Assembly: GCF_001194135.2 (NCBI RefSeq) | Contig: NC_068985.1 | Location: 4,627,498 to 4,688,924, forward strand | DNA length: 61,427 bases | Direction: 5' to 3' | Source: Octopus bimaculoides | Lineage: Eukaryota | In this document: piece by piece, positions 61,018 to 61,427 of the stretch | Layout: every line of letters begins with the position of its first letter | Numbering within the stretch: position 1 is the stretch's first letter | Made by a program: the position numbers and the translations under genes | The notes under the pieces: model-generated | Seen by the model: only the letters and a program-made list of their open reading frames with translations | Database searches by the model: none | Told to the model about the DNA's origin: nothing

Positions 61018-61051
61018 CTCACGCTCTTTAAAGAGACTCGCTGCATATCTT
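61018..61051 (-). CDS. Gene 2 exon A1, 34 nt (RYAASLFKERE)
   Basis: TTTCTTTTGCAG acceptor and GAG|GTTAGT donor. Same length, phase (2 to 0) and donor context as exon 51000-51033. Confidence 0.7.
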
Positions 61052-61427
61052 CTGCAAAAGAAACAAACATATTTTCATCACACCATCACAATCATCATCA
61101 TTATTTCTACATCAATGCACAAACGGAACCATTACAGAACTGTTATTTTGTGTTTGTACATTTTATTATTTTAATCTAAATCTACAATACATTTGAACAG
61201 GTTCAATCTCTGATTATCACCAGGCATCATATTTGTGGATGTCTGTAGAGTATCAAACTGGAATGTATTTAGTGTACTAAGATTTCTCTGTCAGCAAAAG
61301 CAGCCATGGTGAGTGAACGTCAGTTTTAGGTATGTTTTAACTGGCTTTTTAACAAGAGCATGACTCTTGCTAATAGGTAAAGCATCTTGGTTTTCCAAAA
61401 GGAACAAATGAATAAATGATATCACAA

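Noticed and set aside
61018-61051. Reading this exon as an MQRVSLKSVR start frame
   Set aside because: The paralogous 34-nt and 65-nt exons are homologous only in the RYAASLFKERE frame, and the 47462 exon has stops in the alternative frames.

Overview
AT-rich, repeat-dense animal genomic DNA with N gaps. The SINE, LINE and microsatellite content looks like a coleoid cephalopod, probably Octopus (inference from repeat style, no search run). Two spliced minus-strand genes are present. (1) The 5' part of an SCYL2 pseudokinase gene: five coding exons between 7837 and 451 (272 codons), continuing off the left edge, with a candidate non-coding first exon near 13.0 kb. (2) A gene largely missed by the ORF track, built here by hand from 11 phase-compatible GT-AG exons (19-274 nt) running from 61051 to a stop ending at 26769 (280 aa, 5' end outside the window). 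It encodes two 33-aa repeats from a duplicated 34+65-nt exon pair, a 19-nt microexon, and a divergent SEP-like domain with no UBX domain after it. The rest is mobile DNA: tRNA-type and RTE-tail SINEs, RTE, RTE-X and R4/Dong LINE fragments, an internally deleted Tc1/mariner element, piggyBac- and hAT-type MITEs, and a solo LTR with a 4-bp TSD. The most unusual non-coding items are two Merlin-like MITEs carrying telomeric TTAGGG repeats, two families of minimal hammerhead-ribozyme motifs (one with an apparent U6 core variant), and an intronic pre-miRNA-like hairpin. Repeat boundaries are approximate unless a TSD is cited.
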